A stretch of 64,000 bases of DNA, taken from assembly GCA_900554315.1 (NCBI GenBank), contig USGP01000001.1:36902-100901 (forward strand), given 5' to 3'. A model generated the notes under the pieces. The model worked only from the letters and a program-made list of their open reading frames with translations, had not been told where the DNA came from and made no database searches. A program made the position numbers and the translations under genes. This document shows, one piece after another, positions 27,571 to 36,484 of the stretch. Position 1 is the first letter of the stretch, and each line of letters opens with the position of its first letter. This DNA is from an uncultured Mycoplasmatota bacterium (lineage in GTDB: Bacteria; Bacillota_I; Bacilli_A; RF39; UBA660).

Positions 27571-28707
27571 ATGAAAAAAATAAGAGAATCTAATTTTGAA
27601 TTAATGAGAATTATATCAATGCTGTTTATTGTTTTATTTCATACATTATCATATAGTGGATATTTAGGAAAAGCTACAGGTGGAATGTATTTATTAGTAA
27701 CATTTATTAAATCAATTACGTTAGTACATGTTAATTCTTTTATTTTACTGTGTGGCTATTTTCAATGTAAACAAAAGTTAAGGCTTGGAAAAGTAATATC
27801 TTTGATAAATGCAACATGGTTTTATAAAGCCGTAATATTGTTGATCTTTTTAGCTTGTGGGTGGTTAATAACTAACCCTCCAACAACAACTGAAATATTA
27901 AGAACAATACTTCCGTTAGATTATGGATTATACTGGTTTATTGGAAACTATATAGTTTTATATCTAATAAGTCCCATTTTAAATATTGTAATTAATAATA
28001 CAACTAAATAGCAATTAAGAAATGTAATAATTATATTACTTGTTATAGTTAGTGGTTTAAGTCTAGTAACAGTAGACAGTTTCTATAATAATAATTATGG
28101 AAGATCATTAAGTACGTTTATTTTATTGTATTTTGTAGGTGCATATTTAAGAAATTATCCAATTGATCAAAGCTATTTTATGAAACCGTTTACAATTACA
28201 GCAAAGAGAACTATATGGTTTTTAACAATGATTAGTTGTGCTGTAATAGGAACAATGTGTTGTTGCGTATCACAACAAATAATAGATCTTGGAAGTATTT
28301 CACAAGAAATTGGCCATATATTAGATTATTTATTTTCAAGCTATTCTAGTCCTTTTGTTTTATTGCAAACTCTTTGCTATTTTATGTTATTTGCATCTTT
28401 TACATTTAAAAATAAAATTATTAATGCTATTGCAGGTTGCACTATAGGAGTATATTTAATACACGAAAATAAATATATAAGAGAAAATTTTTATAATTTT
28501 ATTGGAATAACAGATATAACCAATATAAATTTAAAAGCTATAGCGATATTATTTATAATTGTAATTGGAATGTTTATAGTATGTACTATTATAGAATTTA
28601 TAAGAAAAAATATATTCAAATTAGTGTATAATTCAAAATGGACAATTAAAAATAGAGAAAAATACCAATCTTACTTCGAAAAACTAGGTCTAAATATAAA
28701 CTGGTAA
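27571..28707 (+). pseudogene. acyltransferase family 3 (OatA/WecH-like O-acyltransferase) interrupted by one in-frame TAG
   Basis: ORFs 27571-28011 and 28126-28707 are in the same frame. The only stop between them is TAG 28009-28011, and 28012-28125 is open (QLRNVIIILLVIVSGL...). The N-terminus NFELMRIISMLFIVLFH is typical of Acyl_transf_3. Confidence 0.7.
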
Positions 28708-28711
28708 AAAT

Positions 28712-28740
28712 TTGTAGAAATAAAATTTCTATGCTATAAT
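28712..28740 (+). promoter_or_regulatory. sigma-A-type promoter candidate with extended -10 (TTGTAG-17-TGcTATAAT)
   Basis: TTGTAG at 28712-28717, TGC at 28732-28734, TATAAT at 28735-28740. About 44 nt upstream of the exporter ATPase start. Confidence 0.6.
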
Positions 28741-28783
28741 GTAATAACGAATATATGTATCTTATGGATACAAGAAATGAGGT

Positions 28784-29533
28784 ATGAATGTGGAAAAGGA
28801 TGTTGCAATTAAGGTAACGCATGTTTCTAAAACATTTAAGCTTTATTATGACAAAGCAAATACTTTAAAAGAAAAATTATTATTCTTTTCAAAGAAAAAT
28901 AAAAGTAAAGATTCAATTTTACATGTACTAAATGATATAAATTTAACAATAAAAAAAGGTGAGAGTGTAGCTCTAATTGGTACAAATGGTAGCGGTAAAT
29001 CAACATTATTAAAATTAATGACTAAAATTATTTATCCTAATAAAGGTAGAATAACAACAAATGGAAAATTAACATCACTTTTAGAGTTAGGTGCAGGATT
29101 TCATGAGGATTTTACAGGAAGAGAAAACATTTATTTTAATGCATCTATTTTTGGATTGACTAGAAAACAAATAGATGAAAAAATAGATGAGATAATCGAA
29201 TTTTCAGAATTACATGACTTTATTGATAATCCAGTAAGAACTTATTCTTCTGGTATGTATATGAGACTTGCTTTTTCAGTTGCAATTAATGTACAAGCTG
29301 ATATTTTACTAATTGATGAAATCTTAGCAGTAGGTGACCAACATTTCCAAGAAAAATGTTTTAATAAATTAAAGGAATTAAAAAAAGAAGGAAAGACGAT
29401 TGTTATTGTTACCCATAGTATGAATCAAGTAAAACAATTCTGTGATCGTGCAGTTTGGTTATATAAAGGTGAAATTAGGATGGATGGAAAAGTAGATGAT
29501 GTATTAGAAGAATACTTGAAGGTGTGTGGATAA
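28784..29533 (+). CDS. teichoic acid/polysaccharide ABC exporter ATP-binding protein (TagH/Wzt-like)
   Basis: Walker A GTNGSGKST, signature SSGMYMRLAF, Walker B ILLIDEILAVGD. Short form without a C-terminal carbohydrate-binding domain. Confidence 0.85.
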   Translation: MNVEKDVAIKVTHVSKTFKLYYDKANTLKEKLLFFSKKNKSKDSILHVLNDINLTIKKGESVALIGTNGSGKSTLLKLMTKIIYPNKGRITTNGKLTSLLELGAGFHEDFTGRENIYFNASIFGLTRKQIDEKIDEIIEFSELHDFIDNPVRTYSSGMYMRLAFSVAINVQADILLIDEILAVGDQHFQEKCFNKLKELKKEGKTIVIVTHSMNQVKQFCDRAVWLYKGEIRMDGKVDDVLEEYLKVCG

Positions 29534-29534
29534 A

Positions 29535-30308
29535 ATGAAAGTATTTAAAGAATTATATAATTATAGAGAATTATTAAAGACAAATATTAAAAAAGAAATT
29601 CGTGGAAAATATAAAGGATCATGGCTAGGTGTAATATGGACATTCTTAAATCCATTATTAATGCTTGCAGTATATTCATTTGTTTTTCCATATATTTTGA
29701 GAGTAAATGTTGAAAATTATACTATTTTTATGATTGTAGCATTAATTCCATGGAATTTTTTTACAGCAGCTATTCAAATGGGAACAGGTAGTGTAGTTGC
29801 TAATGGTGCAATCTTAAAGAAAGTATACTTCCCAAGAGAAATTATTCCAATTTCAGTAACAACAAGTCAATTAGTAAACTTTTTAATTACATGTATTATC
29901 ATGTTTGCATTTATTATATTTAGTGGAGTAGGTTTTTCTATTCACTTACTATTATTTCCAGTATTAGTAATAATTCAATACTTAATTACATTAGCCTTAA
30001 CATTTATATTATCAGCTATTACAGTCTTTGTAAGAGATGTAGATCATTTTGTTAGTGTTATCTTAATGTTAGGATTTTATGGAACACCAATTGTTTATCA
30101 AGCTAATATGTTACCAGAAAAGTTTCAATGGGTATTAAGCTTAAATCCAATGGCACAGCTAGTAGAAGCATATAGATCTATTCTTTATTATCATCAAATG
30201 CCACATTGGTCAATATTAGGCATTTGGGGAATAGGAAGTATTTTCTTAGTTGTCATTGGATACTTAATTTTCAAAAAATTAGAAAAACGTTTTGTAGAAG
30301 AATTATAA
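29535..30308 (+). CDS. ABC-2 type exporter permease (TagG/Wzm-like)
   Basis: About 258 aa with six TMs. The N-terminal YRELLKTNIKKEIRGKYKGSWLGVIWTFLNPLL is typical of ABC-2 polysaccharide exporters. ATG 29535 follows the upstream TAA. GTG 29526 is an alternative start. Confidence 0.85.
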   Translation: MKVFKELYNYRELLKTNIKKEIRGKYKGSWLGVIWTFLNPLLMLAVYSFVFPYILRVNVENYTIFMIVALIPWNFFTAAIQMGTGSVVANGAILKKVYFPREIIPISVTTSQLVNFLITCIIMFAFIIFSGVGFSIHLLLFPVLVIIQYLITLALTFILSAITVFVRDVDHFVSVILMLGFYGTPIVYQANMLPEKFQWVLSLNPMAQLVEAYRSILYYHQMPHWSILGIWGIGSIFLVVIGYLIFKKLEKRFVEEL

Positions 30309-30330
30309 ACAACCCTTAGGTTGTTTTTTT
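30307..30330 (+). terminator. intrinsic terminator
   Basis: AAACAACC-CTTA-GGTTGTTT hairpin followed by a T-run. Confidence 0.75.
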
Positions 30331-30336
30331 ATGTCG

Positions 30337-30365
30337 TTGTATTAAATATTGATATTTGTTATAAT
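30337..30365 (+). promoter_or_regulatory. sigma-A-type promoter candidate with extended -10 (TTGTAT-17-TGtTATAAT)
   Basis: TTGTAT at 30337-30342, TGT at 30357-30359, TATAAT at 30360-30365. Confidence 0.6.
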
Positions 30366-30414
30366 AAAATTAGATATAAGAATAAAAAGGTAAAAAGACA
30401 GAAGGAGACAGACA

Positions 30415-32823
30415 ATGGTAAAAAAAATATTGTTATATGGAATTGGATCATTACAAAATCGTGGCTGCGAAGCCTTAGTAAATTCAACTATTGCACAAAT
30501 TAGTCCAAATATAGAGATTGTAGCTGCTACTTTTGATTATGAGCATGATAAAAATATGTATAAAGATAGAATCAATCGTTTCGTAAATCATCATAAACAA
30601 AACCCAGAAGAATTTACCGAAGAAGAACAGAAAGAATTTGAACATATTCAAAATATTCCTTTTGATTATTATAATTATGAATGCTTTTATGAGAGAGACG
30701 TAATTAAAGAAATGAAAGATGCAGATATATGCATACACATAGGCGGTGATAATTATTGCTATGGTGTAAATGAATGGATTTATACTATAAATCGAAAAGC
30801 AAAAGAATTAAACAAAAAAACTGTATTATGGGGTGCATCATTATATGATGAAATAAATGATTTAGAGTTGATAAACGATTTACAAAAATATGATTTATTA
30901 ATGATTAGAGAAAAAATCAGTTATAATGCTATTAAAAAATATATTGATAAAGATAGAATAATGCTTGTTCCAGACCCAGCATTTTCTTTAAAGCCAAAAA
31001 AGGTAACTTTATCAAAATGGTACAAAGGAAGAGACGTTATTGGTTTAAATTTAAGCCCATTAACAGTCAAAACCAAAGAAAATGAAGAAGCAGTAACAAG
31101 GTTTATTGATTATATTTTAAAAAATACAAAATATTCTATTACACTGTTACCCCATGTTGCAGTAGAAGAAGTAAGTGACTTAAGTGTTTTAAAAAAAATA
31201 AAAGAAAAATACAAGGACGAGGATAGAATCTTTTTAGACGACGGAGAGTATAATTGTCAAGAAATAAAATATATTATTTCAAAATGTGCCTTAGTAGTAG
31301 CAGCAAGAACCCATGCTTCCATAGCAGCATATTCTACAGAAATTCCGACGTTAGTTATTGGATATAGTGTAAAGTCACGTGGTATTGCAGAAGATTTATT
31401 TGGAAATTATCAAGACTATGTCTTGCCAACAGAAGAATTAGTAGGTGACCAATTAATTAATAAGTTTAAATATATCAATAAAAACAAGCAAAAAATAAAA
31501 GAAATCCTAAAAGAAAAAATGAAAATAGTAAGAGAAGAAGCAAAAAATCTATATAGCAACATGATAGAAAGATTAGATTATTTAGATAAAAAATATGTTT
31601 GTTCTAAAAATAAATGTACAGGATGCAGTGCTTGTCTAAATATCTGCCCGGTTAATGCTATAAAATTTGTAGAAAATAAAGAAGGCTTTTTATATCCGGA
31701 GATAGATTTAGATAAATGTATTCATTGTAATAAATGTAGAAACACATGTATAGCACTTCATCCTAAACTAACTTCTTCAAAAGCAGAAGAATGTTATGCT
31801 GTCAAAGCAATATCTGATGAAGTAAGAAAAACAAGTTCATCTGGTGGAGTATTTCATTATTTAGCAATGAAAATATTAGAAGATAATGGTGTTGTATATG
31901 GTGCAGAGCTAAAGAACTTCAAAGTAGAACATATTAGAATTACAGATGAAAAAGATTTGATAAAAATAAAAGGATCAAAATATGCTCAAAGTAACTTAAA
32001 AAATATATTTCAACAAGTACAAAAGGATTTAAAAGATAATAAAAAAGTACTATTTTCAGGAACTCCTTGTCAAATACAAGGCCTAAAAAAATATTTACTT
32101 CATGATTATGAAAAATTGTATACAGTTAGTGTAATTTGCCATGGAGTAATGAGCAATAAAGTATTGCAAAAAAGAATAAAAGAATTTGAACAACAATATG
32201 AAACAAAAATTACTGATATAAAATTTAGATCTAAAATAAATGGTTGGGATAAAGCCTCTATAGAATATATTTCACAAAGAATTAATAAAGCATATCCCTT
32301 TGCCAATGATACATTAATGAATCTATATAATAGCAATTTTATTTTAAGAGAAAGTTGTTATAATTGTTCAGCAAAAGGTTTGGAAAATAATATTGCTGAT
32401 ATTATACTAGGAGATTACTGGGGTATATACCATGTACATCGTGAAATGCTTGATAATCTTGGTGTATCTGCCGTAATTATAAAAACAAAAAAAGGACAAC
32501 AATTATATAATAAGATAAGGGAAAAAATTATAGCAACAGAAACAGATATTCAAAATATAATAAAATATAATCCGGCGATAATAGAGTCTGTTGAACGACC
32601 ATTAGAAAGAAGCAGAATTTTTAATGATATAGAAAACAATGAATTATCAATCGTATCTCAATTATATAATTCTAAAGTAGAATCAAATAAAGAAATTGAG
32701 ATAACTAATTTGTTAAATCAAAATGAAGAATTATTAAATAAATTAAATAAAGTTTATAATAGTAAAAGGTTCAAAATGATAGACAAATTAGGAAATATAT
32801 GGAATAAAATTCTACATAAATAA
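30415..32823 (+). CDS. fusion: polysaccharide pyruvyl transferase + 2x[4Fe-4S] ferredoxin + F420-hydrogenase/dehydrogenase beta-subunit-like (FrhB) domains
   Basis: 802 aa. N-terminal ILLYGIGSLQNRGCEALV...GGDNYCYG...LVPDPAF (PS_pyruv_trans-like). CTGCSACLNICPVNAI and CIHCNKCRNTC clusters. Then CYAVKA...SSSGGVFHYLA and GTPCQIQGL (FrhB N/C-like). Confidence 0.75.
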   Translation: MVKKILLYGIGSLQNRGCEALVNSTIAQISPNIEIVAATFDYEHDKNMYKDRINRFVNHHKQNPEEFTEEEQKEFEHIQNIPFDYYNYECFYERDVIKEMKDADICIHIGGDNYCYGVNEWIYTINRKAKELNKKTVLWGASLYDEINDLELINDLQKYDLLMIREKISYNAIKKYIDKDRIMLVPDPAFSLKPKKVTLSKWYKGRDVIGLNLSPLTVKTKENEEAVTRFIDYILKNTKYSITLLPHVAVEEVSDLSVLKKIKEKYKDEDRIFLDDGEYNCQEIKYIISKCALVVAARTHASIAAYSTEIPTLVIGYSVKSRGIAEDLFGNYQDYVLPTEELVGDQLINKFKYINKNKQKIKEILKEKMKIVREEAKNLYSNMIERLDYLDKKYVCSKNKCTGCSACLNICPVNAIKFVENKEGFLYPEIDLDKCIHCNKCRNTCIALHPKLTSSKAEECYAVKAISDEVRKTSSSGGVFHYLAMKILEDNGVVYGAELKNFKVEHIRITDEKDLIKIKGSKYAQSNLKNIFQQVQKDLKDNKKVLFSGTPCQIQGLKKYLLHDYEKLYTVSVICHGVMSNKVLQKRIKEFEQQYETKITDIKFRSKINGWDKASIEYISQRINKAYPFANDTLMNLYNSNFILRESCYNCSAKGLENNIADIILGDYWGIYHVHREMLDNLGVSAVIIKTKKGQQLYNKIREKIIATETDIQNIIKYNPAIIESVERPLERSRIFNDIENNELSIVSQLYNSKVESNKEIEITNLLNQNEELLNKLNKVYNSKRFKMIDKLGNIWNKILHK

Positions 32824-32837
32824 TTATAGGAGGAAAA

Positions 32838-34109
32838 ATGAAAAAAGCTTTAATCTGTTTGGAACAATTAGGAATAGGTGGGGTTGAAACATTTACTATC
32901 ACACAAGTGGAGGAATTTGCCAGAAGAAAGATAAAATGTTATGTACTTGCAAGAGACGGTTTGCTTGCTAAAAATTTAAAAGGGTTAAAAAATATAGAGT
33001 TTATAGAATTTGATTTCAAACTAGAAAACAAAATTGATGCAAAAAAAGTAGAATGGCTTATGAATTTTGTTGAACAAAAGAAGATAGATTTTATTTATGT
33101 GCACCAATTTCCATGTGTACCTTATATTTTGCCAGTTGTATTTAAATTAAAAATACCATACATAGCATATTTACATAATATTGTGCCCAAAACATGTGAG
33201 TGGTTTATGAATACCTATGACATTTATAAAGTATTATTTCCAATATATTTTGAATGTGCATCAAAAATTATTGCTATAACAGATAAAGTACAAAAAGAAC
33301 ATATTAATCTATTTCATATTCCACAAGAAAAATATATAATTATTAATAACAGTCTTGACTTTAGTAAATACCCAAATAAGAAGATAATAAAAATAGAACG
33401 ACCATATAATAACTTGATGTGGTTCGGACGAATTTCTGAACAAAAAAGAGTGTCAATAGATACAGCTGTTAAATTTTTTAGATACTATAAAGAAAAATAT
33501 AATAGCAAAGCAAAGTTAACGATTGTGGGGAATGGTGAATTATATGATGAAATGACAGAAAAATATAATGATCCATCTATTTTCTTTAGAGGTGCTGTGC
33601 CTGACATGATTCCAGAGATAGAAAAAGCAGATATTCTATTAGGTGTTGATAGATGTATGTTAGAAGCAGTAGCTTCAAAAAAACCAGCAATTGTTTGTGG
33701 ATATAAGGGAAATATAGTATTAATTACTCCACAAAATATTAAAGATGCAATAGAGGAAAACTTTACTGGAATCAATTTGAAAGATGATAAAGACGAATTA
33801 TGTAAATATAGTGAAAAAGAATTAATAGAAATTCTAAATAAAAATTATTCTTATGTAGCAGATAATTTAGCGATTAACAATAGTGTGTATTTAGACATAG
33901 AACCATTTCAAGGAAATAGTAGTTTACAAAGTGTATTTTGTGGATTAAATTATTATACAGAGAAAATTAACAATTTAGAAAAAGAGAATAAAGAATTGTA
34001 TTTAAAAACTCAAGAATTATATAAACAAATAGATAATCTTCAAAAGCAGTTAGATAGAACATTAACAAGGAAAATAAAAAACAAGTTAAATAGAATGAAG
34101 GTGAATTAA
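32838..34109 (+). CDS. GT4 (GT-B) glycosyltransferase with C-terminal coiled-coil
   Basis: CLEQLGIGGVETFTITQV N-terminus, GRISEQKRV, GNGELYDEM and EAVASKKPAIV motifs. C-terminal NNLEKENKELYLKTQELYKQIDNLQKQL. Confidence 0.75.
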   Translation: MKKALICLEQLGIGGVETFTITQVEEFARRKIKCYVLARDGLLAKNLKGLKNIEFIEFDFKLENKIDAKKVEWLMNFVEQKKIDFIYVHQFPCVPYILPVVFKLKIPYIAYLHNIVPKTCEWFMNTYDIYKVLFPIYFECASKIIAITDKVQKEHINLFHIPQEKYIIINNSLDFSKYPNKKIIKIERPYNNLMWFGRISEQKRVSIDTAVKFFRYYKEKYNSKAKLTIVGNGELYDEMTEKYNDPSIFFRGAVPDMIPEIEKADILLGVDRCMLEAVASKKPAIVCGYKGNIVLITPQNIKDAIEENFTGINLKDDKDELCKYSEKELIEILNKNYSYVADNLAINNSVYLDIEPFQGNSSLQSVFCGLNYYTEKINNLEKENKELYLKTQELYKQIDNLQKQLDRTLTRKIKNKLNRMKVN

Positions 34110-36431
34110 ATGGATTATAGTAAAATTCCAGGAAGAAAAATTGAATTAATAGGTGAAATTAAAAATAATGAAAAACCAACAATAAGTATTATTACACCAT
34201 TTTATAATGGTGGAAAAACTTTACAGGAGACAGCTAACACTGTTTTTAATCAAACGTATCCATATTTTGAGTGGATTATTGTTGATGATGGATCAAAAGA
34301 TGAAGAATCATTAAAAGAGTTAGATAGAGTAGCAAAACAAGATAAAAGAATAAAGGTATTCCATAAAGAAAATGGAGGACCATCAATTGCTAGAGATTAT
34401 GGAGTAGAAAAATCTAGTGAAGAAACAAAATATATTTTCTTCTTAGATTGTGATGACCTTTTAGATAAAACAATGTTAGAAGTTCTATATTGGACATTAG
34501 AAACTCATCCAGAAGGTTCATTTGCCTATACTACTATGGTAAACTTTGGAGATAGGGAATTTTTATGGGAAAAATATCTAACCGTTGATGATGAGAAAGA
34601 AGAAAACCTTATTTGTATTAGTAGTTTAGTTAGAAAAGATGACTTCAATGAAGTTGGTGGCTTTGGAATTAAAGAAAAAGCAATGTATGAAGATTGGAAT
34701 CTTTGGTTAAAATTAATTGAAAAAGGAAAGATTCCAGTTAGGGTAAATGCACCTCTATTTTGGTATAGAACAAGTAATTCTGGTGAATTATCTAGAGCAA
34801 GAACCAATCATGAAAATGCAATGAAATATGTAAATGAAACAGCTAGTAAGATTACAAAAGATGTAGATATAATCCAATTTCCTAGAGAAGGAAAAAGATT
34901 TGATGTCGTAAAAGATCATCCAGATATGGTATTGCCAAATTATAAAAGAAAAAAGAAAATTAATATATTATTTATAGTCCCTTGGACAGTAACAGGTGGA
35001 GCTGACTTCTTTAATATAGATTTAATTAAAAGATTAGACAAAGACAAATATGATGTAACATTATTAATGACTACACCAAATGAAAATCCTATTAGACAAC
35101 AATATGAAGAAATTTGTTCAACAGTATATGATATGTCAACTTTCTTAGAGAGAAGTGACTATATTAAATTTGCAGAGTATATTATGGAATCAAGAAATAT
35201 AGATTTAGTTTTTGTAACAAATACTCCATATGGTTATTATATGGTTCCATATTTAAAGAGAAAATATCCAAAAGTTCCATTTATTGATTATATTCATTCA
35301 GTAGATTTAAGAGACCCACGCGAAAGTTTTGGTAGATGTACGATGGATGTAAATGAATATTTAACACATACATATTGCTGTAATAACTTTACAAAAAAAC
35401 AACTTATGGAAAGATATCATAAAGAAAAAATTGATACAATTTATATTGGAACAGATTCTAATAAATTTGATCCAGAAAAATATGATAAAAAAGAAATGCG
35501 TGAAAAATATCATATTCCACAAGATAAAACTGTAATTTCTTTTATTGCGAGATTATCAGATGAAAAACGCCCTGAAATGTTTGTAGAAATAGGAAAGAGA
35601 CTAGTTGCTAACAATCCAAATTTATTCTTTGTAATAGCTGGAGATGGTTTCTTAGCTAATCCAGTAAGTAGTATAATTGATGATAACTTTATTATGCTTG
35701 GAATGGTAAAAAATACAGAAGAAATTTATGCTTTAAGCGATATGACTCTAAATTGTTCTTCACTAGAAGGATTAGCTTTAACTTCATATGAATCTTTATC
35801 AATGGGGGTACCAGTAGTATCAACGGATGTTGGTGGACAAACAGAATTAATAGATGAAAAAGTAGGCGGAATTGTTCACTATAATAAGGATGCTACTCCA
35901 GAACAATATGAAGAAGAGATTAATAACTACGTAAAAGAAACAGAAAGAGTAATTGATAATTTAGATAAGATAAAGAAAAATTGTCGTCAAAGAATACTTG
36001 ATGGATTCACTCTTGATTTAATGGCCAAAAAGTTTGATAAAATTTTCACAGAAGCTATTGAGAAAGAAAATAAAAATAAAATGACGTTCCCAGTTAATGA
36101 TTATATGGAATACAATCTTCTAACAGAAAGTATTTATATTGACTATTTCTTTACTGTTAAAAATTATCTTGAATCAAAATTTGATCTTTACTATGATCCG
36201 GATAGACCTCCAAGAAAAAAAGGAAGAGTATATTATTTAAAACGCCGTTTATCAAAAGTATTAATTAGAGCACACGCTAAGCAAGAAGCATTAAAAATTT
36301 TAAATGCCTTACGTTGCTTATATAAAGTATTTTACAATTTTGCATATTTTATTAAATTTTTTATTATGTCAATACCAGCTTTCTTCGTATTATTATATAA
36401 ACTATTAATGAGAAATAGAAATAAAGGTTAA
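34110..36431 (+). CDS. bifunctional GT2 + GT4 glycosyltransferase with C-terminal membrane anchor
   Basis: ISIITPFYNGGKTLQETANTVFNQTYPYFEWIIVDDGSKDE and FLDCDD (GT2). FIARLSDEKRPEMF...IAGDG...EGLALTSYESLSMGVPVVSTDVGGQTELI (GT4). Terminal hydrophobic FIKFFIMSIPAFFVLLYKLL. Confidence 0.8.
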   Translation: MDYSKIPGRKIELIGEIKNNEKPTISIITPFYNGGKTLQETANTVFNQTYPYFEWIIVDDGSKDEESLKELDRVAKQDKRIKVFHKENGGPSIARDYGVEKSSEETKYIFFLDCDDLLDKTMLEVLYWTLETHPEGSFAYTTMVNFGDREFLWEKYLTVDDEKEENLICISSLVRKDDFNEVGGFGIKEKAMYEDWNLWLKLIEKGKIPVRVNAPLFWYRTSNSGELSRARTNHENAMKYVNETASKITKDVDIIQFPREGKRFDVVKDHPDMVLPNYKRKKKINILFIVPWTVTGGADFFNIDLIKRLDKDKYDVTLLMTTPNENPIRQQYEEICSTVYDMSTFLERSDYIKFAEYIMESRNIDLVFVTNTPYGYYMVPYLKRKYPKVPFIDYIHSVDLRDPRESFGRCTMDVNEYLTHTYCCNNFTKKQLMERYHKEKIDTIYIGTDSNKFDPEKYDKKEMREKYHIPQDKTVISFIARLSDEKRPEMFVEIGKRLVANNPNLFFVIAGDGFLANPVSSIIDDNFIMLGMVKNTEEIYALSDMTLNCSSLEGLALTSYESLSMGVPVVSTDVGGQTELIDEKVGGIVHYNKDATPEQYEEEINNYVKETERVIDNLDKIKKNCRQRILDGFTLDLMAKKFDKIFTEAIEKENKNKMTFPVNDYMEYNLLTESIYIDYFFTVKNYLESKFDLYYDPDRPPRKKGRVYYLKRRLSKVLIRAHAKQEALKILNALRCLYKVFYNFAYFIKFFIMSIPAFFVLLYKLLMRNRNKG

Positions 36432-36454
36432 TTTATATCATAAATTAACCTTTT
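36424..36454 (+). terminator. hairpin/terminator candidate overlapping the stop codon
   Basis: 12-bp stem AAGGTTAATTTA / TAAATTAACCTT with a 5-nt loop and a short T tract. An extended -10-like TGATATAAT follows at 36456-36464. Confidence 0.5.
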
Positions 36455-36484
36455 ATGATATAATCGAAAGGTAGGAGGGTAAAG

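Noticed and set aside
28009-28011. Possibility that the in-frame TAG is decoded (pyrrolysine or programmed read-through).
   Set aside because: No pyl genes or PYLIS-like context are visible in the window, and TAG is used as an ordinary stop elsewhere in the window (for example 6708-6710 and 8168-8170). A nonsense mutation or sequencing error is the simpler explanation.
30321-30503. 60-aa plus-strand ORF upstream of and overlapping the pyruvyltransferase fusion gene.
   Set aside because: It starts inside the terminator T-run, runs through the predicted promoter, and overlaps the real start (30415, strong SD GAAGGAGA) out of frame.
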